A DNA stretch of 64,000 nt from an uncultured bacterium (GTDB lineage: Bacteria > Bacillota > Clostridia > Oscillospirales > Oscillospiraceae). The stretch covers positions 5,404 to 69,403 of the forward strand of contig CANOBV010000001.1 in assembly GCA_947564255.1 (NCBI GenBank), given 5' to 3'. Shown piece after piece: positions 58,943-64,000 of the stretch (its first letter is position 1; every line of letters begins with the position of its first letter). Under the pieces are notes generated by a model. That model was not told the DNA's origin and searched no databases. It saw only the letters and a program-made list of their open reading frames with translations. The position numbers were made by a program, and so were the translations under genes.

Positions 58943-59761
58943 ATGGAAATCGGAATTGCTGTCGCTGTCGTCGGCGTCATCGGCCTGCTGTGCGCGGTGA
59001 TGCTGACCATCGCCTCTAAGTTCATGGCCGTGGAGGTGGACGAGCGCATCCCTATGGTCCGGGAGTGCCTGCCCGGCGCCAACTGCGGCGCCTGCGGCTT
59101 CGCCGGATGCGACGGGTACGCCGCCGCCCTGGTGGAGGACCCCGACTTGGCCGTCAGCCTGTGCGTCCCCGGCGGGGCTACCGCCGCTGGAAACATCGGC
59201 AAGGTGCTGGGCCGTGAGGCCGGGGACGTGGCCAAGCAGGTGGCCGAGGTGCGCTGCTCCGGCACCTGCGAGGCCACCTCGGTGAAGATGGACTACAAGG
59301 GTCTGGAGAGCTGCGCCGCCGCCAAGCTGCTGTTCGGCGGCACGGGCAAGTGCGTCTACGGCTGCATCGGCCTGGGGGACTGCGCCCAGGTGTGCCCCGT
59401 GGGGGCCATCCACATCAACGGCGGGCTGGCCCGGGTGGACGCCTGCGTGTGCATCGGCTGCGGCCTGTGCGCCAAGACCTGCCCCAACGGCGTCATCGCC
59501 ATCCGTCCCGCCGACGCCCACATGGTGGTGGACTGCAACAGCCGCCAGAAGGGCGCGGGCACCCGCAAGAGCTGCTCCGCGGGCTGCATCGGCTGCAAGC
59601 TGTGCGAGAAGAACTGCCACACCGGGGCCATCACCGTCACCGACAACCTGGCGAGCATCGACTACGCCAAGTGCGACGGCTGCGGCAAGTGCATCGAGGT
59701 GTGTAAGGCCGGGTGCCTTGTCGCCTTGAATATCACCAAAGCGGAAGTTGTAAACGGCTAA
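58943..59761 (+). CDS. rnfB: Rnf complex subunit B (polyferredoxin)
   Basis: LPGANCGACGFAGC, multiple CxxCxxCxxxC motifs. Confidence 0.94.
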   Translation: MEIGIAVAVVGVIGLLCAVMLTIASKFMAVEVDERIPMVRECLPGANCGACGFAGCDGYAAALVEDPDLAVSLCVPGGATAAGNIGKVLGREAGDVAKQVAEVRCSGTCEATSVKMDYKGLESCAAAKLLFGGTGKCVYGCIGLGDCAQVCPVGAIHINGGLARVDACVCIGCGLCAKTCPNGVIAIRPADAHMVVDCNSRQKGAGTRKSCSAGCIGCKLCEKNCHTGAITVTDNLASIDYAKCDGCGKCIEVCKAGCLVALNITKAEVVNG

Positions 59762-59863
59762 ACAAAGAAAAGCCCCGTCCGGCGGAGCGTGTTCCGCCGG
59801 ACGGGGCGCAGATGGGGGAGCGGCCGTATGGCCCTCCCTCTGTTGCGGTTTTGGAGGAATTTT

Positions 59864-60244
59864 GTGGAGTGGTTGAAAACCCATCGAAACGATGCTATAC
59901 TGATTGCCGCCCTGATGCTCCTGGGCGGGGCGCTGGCGGTATTCCTGTACGCCACCCGGCAGGACGGAGGATATGTGTCCGTCCAGATGGACGGGCAGAC
60001 GGTGATGGAGCTGCCCTTGGACGAGGACACCCAAATTCTGCTGGGGGAGGGGGGGGAGTTCACCAACCTCCTGGTCATCGAAAGCGGCGCGGCTCGGGTG
60101 GCGGAGGCGAACTGCCCCGACCAGATCTGCGTCAACCACGGGGCCATTCGGTACGAGGGGGAGTCTATCGTCTGCCTGCCCCACCGGCTGGTGGTGTCCA
60201 TTGAGGGCGGGCCGGGAAACGATATTGACGGTACGGCGGGTTAG
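59864..60244 (+). CDS. NusG domain II (DUF1312)-containing membrane-anchored protein
   Basis: N-terminal TM helix; EANCPDQICV...IVCLPHRLVV; GTG start after GGAGG. Confidence 0.85.
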   Translation: MEWLKTHRNDAILIAALMLLGGALAVFLYATRQDGGYVSVQMDGQTVMELPLDEDTQILLGEGGEFTNLLVIESGAARVAEANCPDQICVNHGAIRYEGESIVCLPHRLVVSIEGGPGNDIDGTAG

Positions 60245-60254
60245 GGGGGTCAGT

Positions 60255-60743
60255 ATGAAAGCGTCAAAGGTGGCCCGATACGGGCTGTTGACCGCCCTGG
60301 CCCTGGCGCTGTCCTGGCTGGAGTCCCTGCTGCCGCCGCTGGGCGTGCCGGGGGTGAAGCTGGGTTTGCCTAATCTGGCCATTGTGTTTGCCCTGTACCG
60401 CTTGAGCTGGAAGGACGCCTGCGTCATCTCCCTGGTGCGCGTCGTTTTGGTCACGCTGCTGTTCGGCAACGGGGCGGCGCTGGCCTACAGCGTGGCCGGG
60501 GCAGCGCTGAGCCTGTCCCTCATGGGTCTGCTGAAAAGGACGGGAAAATTCTCCTCCGTCGGCGTCAGCGTAGCCGGAGGGGTGGCCCACAACGCGGGGC
60601 AGATTCTGGTGGCCATGGCCCTGCTGGAGACCTCGCGGCTGGCGTGGTATCTGCCGGTGCTGTGGATTTCCGGGACGGTGGCCGGGGTGCTGATTGGGAT
60701 TGTGTCTGGAGTATTGGTAAAGCGCGTCCCAGAAGTAAAATGA
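60255..60743 (+). CDS. Gx transporter family protein (heptaprenyl diphosphate synthase component I-like, ECF S-component)
   Basis: LESLLP..PGVKLGLPN, GVSVAGGVAHNAGQ. Confidence 0.87.
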   Translation: MKASKVARYGLLTALALALSWLESLLPPLGVPGVKLGLPNLAIVFALYRLSWKDACVISLVRVVLVTLLFGNGAALAYSVAGAALSLSLMGLLKRTGKFSSVGVSVAGGVAHNAGQILVAMALLETSRLAWYLPVLWISGTVAGVLIGIVSGVLVKRVPEVK

Positions 60744-60753
60744 GGTGATCGAG

Positions 60754-60957
60754 ATGACGAAGGAAATGAAGAAAAGCACGACCGATTTGATTCGCGCCGT
60801 CCTGTTTGCGCTGTGCGCGCTGAGCTGGCTGCCCGACTGGCCGGTGGAGCGGGTGAGCTGGCTGCGGGTTGTTTTACCCATCGTCTGCACCGCTATCGCT
60901 GTCTGGAACCTGATCTGGTATTTCAAAAACCGCGAAGTGGAGTGCGGGGACGCATGA
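60754..60957 (+). CDS. Small 2-TM hypothetical protein
   Basis: RBS GAGGTG; two hydrophobic segments. Confidence 0.55.
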   Translation: MTKEMKKSTTDLIRAVLFALCALSWLPDWPVERVSWLRVVLPIVCTAIAVWNLIWYFKNREVECGDA

Positions 60958-60967
60958 GGTGGTCCGT

Positions 60968-61168
60968 GTGAAATTGAAACCGATTGATCTATTAACGCTT
61001 GTGATCTGGGTAACTGCGGTAATGATCTGGGCGGTGCGGCTGGCCAGCGACGCCATATCGGGCAGGACGGGGACGGTAGGGGTCAATATTACCTTGGCCG
61101 CCGTCTGGATTGCCAGCCTCTGTGTTATGCTCTATCGATATTGGAAGGGCCGCAAAGGCAAGAAATAA
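60968..61168 (+). CDS. Small 2-TM hypothetical protein
   Basis: RBS GAGGTGG, GTG start; two hydrophobic segments and basic tail RYWKGRKGKK. Confidence 0.55.
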   Translation: MKLKPIDLLTLVIWVTAVMIWAVRLASDAISGRTGTVGVNITLAAVWIASLCVMLYRYWKGRKGKK

Positions 61169-61181
61169 GGAGGTTTTATCC

Positions 61182-61844
61182 ATGAATTTGAACACAACCG
61201 GGCTGTTTGACCTGAGCCACACCCTGGCCGGGGACTATCTGGCCCGATTCGAATACCCCTGGCAGGCCCTGGACGGCATCCACGACCTGATTCTGAGCAT
61301 TGGCCTTGCTCTGGACGACGAGTATGAGGAGATGGGACGCCATGTGTGGGTCCACCAGACGGCCAAGATTGCCCACTCCGCCTTTTTGGGCGCGCCCTGC
61401 GTCATCGGGCCCCGCACCGAGGTGCGCCACTGCGCCTTCATCCGGGGCTCCGCCCTGGTGGGGGCCGACTGCGTGGTGGGCAATTCGGTGGAGCTGAAAA
61501 ATGTGATTCTGTTCGACAACGTCCAGGTTCCCCACTATAACTATGTAGGCGATTCCATCCTGGGCTATAAAAGCCACATGGGGGCGGGGTCTATCACCTC
61601 CAACGTGAAGTCCGACAAAACTTTGGTCGTCGTGAAAAACGAGGGCGAGAACATCGAAACGGGCCGGAAGAAGTTCGGCGCGGTTTTGGGCGACTTCGTG
61701 GAGGTGGGCTGCAACAGCGTGCTCAACCCGGGCACGGTGGTCGGCCCCCGCACCAACGTCTACCCCCTGTCCTGCGTCCGGGGCGCGGTCCCGGCGGACA
61801 GCATCTATAAGACGGGCGGCGTCATTGTCAAAAAGGAGAAGTGA
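61182..61844 (+). CDS. Left-handed beta-helix acetyltransferase (stand-alone GlmU C-terminal-like domain)
   Basis: YPWQAL, hexapeptide repeats, GNSVELKN, PHYNYVGDSILG, KFGAVLGD..EVGCNSVLNPG; adjacent to glmM. Confidence 0.82.
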   Translation: MNLNTTGLFDLSHTLAGDYLARFEYPWQALDGIHDLILSIGLALDDEYEEMGRHVWVHQTAKIAHSAFLGAPCVIGPRTEVRHCAFIRGSALVGADCVVGNSVELKNVILFDNVQVPHYNYVGDSILGYKSHMGAGSITSNVKSDKTLVVVKNEGENIETGRKKFGAVLGDFVEVGCNSVLNPGTVVGPRTNVYPLSCVRGAVPADSIYKTGGVIVKKEK

Positions 61845-61847
61845 GCC

Positions 61848-63218
61848 ATGGGTAAATATTTCGGAACAGACGGCTTCCGGGGGGAGGCCAACGTGGAGCT
61901 CACCGGCGACCACGCCTATGAGGTGGGCCGGTTTTTGGGCTGGTACTACGGCCGGGGAAACCACCGGGCCCGTATCGTGGTGGGCAAGGACACACGGCGG
62001 TCCAGCTACATGCTGGAGTACGCCATCAGCGCAGGCATGGCCGCCTCCGGGGCGGACGTGTACCTGCTCCACGTCACCACCACCCCCTCCGTGTCCTACG
62101 TCACCCGCACCGACGGTTTCGACTGCGGCGTGATGATCTCCGCCTCCCACAATCCCTACTACGACAACGGCATCAAGCTGCTCAACCGGGAGGGGGAGAA
62201 GATGGACGAGTCCACCATCCGGCTGGTGGAGGACTATCTGGACGGGACCCTCTCCGTGGACGGCCAGACCTTCTCAAAGCTGCCCTTCGCCACCGGAGAG
62301 GGGGTGGGCAGCATCGTGGACCACACCGCCGGGCGCAACCGGTACATGGGCTACCTGATCTCCCTGGCGGTGTACTCCTTCCGGGGCAAGCGCATCGCCC
62401 TGGACTGCGCCAACGGTTCCGCCTGGTCCATCGCCCCCAACGTGTTCCGCTCCCTGGGGGCGGACGTCCACGTGATCAACGACCGGCCCGACGGGCTGAA
62501 CATCAACCTGGACGCGGGCTCCACCCACATCGAGGGGTTGAAGCGGTATGTGAAGGAGCACGGCTGCGACGCGGGCTTCGCCTTCGACGGCGACGCCGAC
62601 CGCTGCCTGGCGGTGGACGAGAACGGGGAGCTGGTGGACGGCGACCAGATCATGTACCTGTACGGGGCGTATATGAAGGAGCGGGGCAAGCTGCTCACCA
62701 ACACGGTGGTCACCACCGTCATGTCCAACTTCGGCCTCTACAAGGCCCTGGACAAGGCGGGGGTGGGCTACGCCAAGACCGCCGTGGGGGATAAATACGT
62801 GTACGAGGAGATGGTCCGGGGGGGCCACCGGCTGGGGGGCGAGCAGTCGGGCCACATCATCTTCTCCAAATACGCCCGGACGGGGGACGGCATCCTCACC
62901 TCGCTGAAAATCATGGAGGTGATGATGGCCAAGAAGGAGGCTCTGAGCCGTCTGGCGGCCCCGGTGACCATCTACCCCCAGGTGCTTATCAACGTGCGGG
63001 TGAAGGACAAAAAAGCCGCCCAGGACGACCCGGCTGTCCAGGCCGCGGTGCAGGCCGTGGCCGATGAATTGGGGGACACGGGCCGTATTCTGGTCCGGGA
63101 GTCGGGTACGGAACCCCTGGTCCGGGTGATGGTGGAGGCCCCCGAGAAGGGGCAGTGTCAGGCCCTGGCGCAAAGAGTTGTAGATGTTATTATTGCGCAA
63201 GGCCATAAAGCGGAGTGA
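61848..63218 (+). CDS. glmM: Phosphoglucosamine mutase
   Basis: KYFGTDGFRG, MISASHNP, FDGDADR, GGEQSGH, VRESGTEPLVRVMVE. Confidence 0.95.
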   Translation: MGKYFGTDGFRGEANVELTGDHAYEVGRFLGWYYGRGNHRARIVVGKDTRRSSYMLEYAISAGMAASGADVYLLHVTTTPSVSYVTRTDGFDCGVMISASHNPYYDNGIKLLNREGEKMDESTIRLVEDYLDGTLSVDGQTFSKLPFATGEGVGSIVDHTAGRNRYMGYLISLAVYSFRGKRIALDCANGSAWSIAPNVFRSLGADVHVINDRPDGLNINLDAGSTHIEGLKRYVKEHGCDAGFAFDGDADRCLAVDENGELVDGDQIMYLYGAYMKERGKLLTNTVVTTVMSNFGLYKALDKAGVGYAKTAVGDKYVYEEMVRGGHRLGGEQSGHIIFSKYARTGDGILTSLKIMEVMMAKKEALSRLAAPVTIYPQVLINVRVKDKKAAQDDPAVQAAVQAVADELGDTGRILVRESGTEPLVRVMVEAPEKGQCQALAQRVVDVIIAQGHKAE

Positions 63219-63220
63219 AC

Positions 63221-63254
63221 AAAACGGCTGGGCGCGTCGGCGCCCAGCCGTTTT
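63221..63254. terminator. Bidirectional intrinsic terminator
   Basis: AAAACGGCTGGGCGC-GTCG-GCGCCCAGCCGTTTT. Confidence 0.8.
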
Positions 63255-63347
63255 CCCGTCGACAAACCATGAATGGGTCGGTCCACCTCCCCGGTGGGGG
63301 CTGTGGCCCCCGCCGGAGGCGCGTGCCCCTCGCAAAGAAACAAATCC

Positions 63348-64000
63348 CTATCTGTCCCACTTGGAGATGAGCGCCAGCAGCTGTTCGGCGAACTTGCGCA
63401 GGTCCTTGTTGGGCCCGCCCTTGTTGTTGGCGATAACGGCCATGAGCCGCTTGCCCATGTCCTCCAGATAGCGGTAGGCGGGAGATCCCGGGTCCACCGG
63501 GGCGGCCTTGGGCTCCAGGGCAATGCCCGGGGCGACCATACGGTTTTCCAGCAGGTCGTAGACCTCTTCGTAGTTGGGCGCGTGGGCGGTGAAGCCCATC
63601 TCGGTGAGGGTCTGAGCGTAGTTCTCCGCCGACCGGGCCTCGCCGTGGACCACGAACACCTGCTGGGGCTTGGGGGTGTACATGCTGATCCACCGCACCA
63701 GCCCATCCCGGTCGGCGTGGGAGCTGAGGCCGTGGAAGCGGACGACCCGTGCCCGGACGGCGATCTCCTCGCCGAAAAGCTTCACGTGGTCCGCCCCGTC
63801 CAGAATGCGCCGCCCCAAGGAGCCCTCCGCCTGATAGCCCACAAACAGCACTGTGGACTCCGGCCGCCACAGGTTGTGCTTCAGGTGGTGGCGGATGCGG
63901 CCCGCGTCGCACATGCCGGAGGCGGAGATGATGACCTTGGGCCGGGGGTCCAGGTTCAGCTCACGGGACTCCTCGGTGCTCTCGGTGATGTTCAGGCCGG
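63348..64000 (-). CDS. MBL-fold beta-CASP metallo-hydrolase (RNA-metabolising type), C-terminal part (5' end outside the window)
   Basis: PKVIISASGMCDAGRIRHHL, LFVGYQAEGSLGR, LSSHAD, VFVVHGE. Confidence 0.88.
   Translation of the reverse strand, partial: GLNITESTEESRELNLDPRPKVIISASGMCDAGRIRHHLKHNLWRPESTVLFVGYQAEGSLGRRILDGADHVKLFGEEIAVRARVVRFHGLSSHADRDGLVRWISMYTPKPQQVFVVHGEARSAENYAQTLTEMGFTAHAPNYEEVYDLLENRMVAPGIALEPKAAPVDPGSPAYRYLEDMGKRLMAVIANNKGGPNKDLRKFAEQLLALISKWDR

Noticed and set aside
59864-60244. NusG-II protein as a transcription antiterminator (LoaP/NusG paralog)
   Set aside because: It has a membrane anchor and only the isolated domain II, with no NGN or KOW domains.

Overview
High-GC chromosomal segment of an anaerobic Bacillota (Clostridia; Oscillospiraceae-like by inference from gene content, the monoderm-type DnaK deletion and the CIRCE/HrcA system). 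It is mostly housekeeping. In order: typA (partial), tRNA-Arg(CCU) and a cold-shock gene; a long minus-strand run gdpP-rplI-dnaB-tilS-hpt-ftsH-lepB-hyp-metG-lipoprotein-tatD; a 9-subunit Na+-type V/A-ATPase operon; a split cobalamin-dependent methionine synthase with a YitJ-like gene; pcrA; comEC-holA-rnmV; hisJ-like PHP phosphatase-rpiB; a PMT-like glycosyltransferase; CIRCE-hrcA-grpE-(insert)-dnaK-dnaJ; a YhaN/YhaO (SbcE/F-like) pair, ymdB, a DEAD-box helicase and an Rrf2 regulator; rnfCDGEAB followed by a NusG-II/Gx-transporter pair; a stand-alone GlmU acetyltransferase domain, glmM and a partial beta-CASP hydrolase. I see no prophage, integrase, transposase, CRISPR array or clear defence island, and no large novel multi-gene system is supported. 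The best candidates for undescribed biology are non-coding or small: three short hairpin-rich elements (one MITE with a TAA duplication at the comEC stop; all carry GNA-triloop ssDNA-type hairpins), a tight four-way-junction RNA candidate upstream of the hisJ-like gene, an intrinsic terminator inside the csp leader, a 38-aa protein below the ORF-track cutoff, and single low-GC cargo genes inserted into conserved operons, notably a Zn-ribbon gene between grpE and dnaK.
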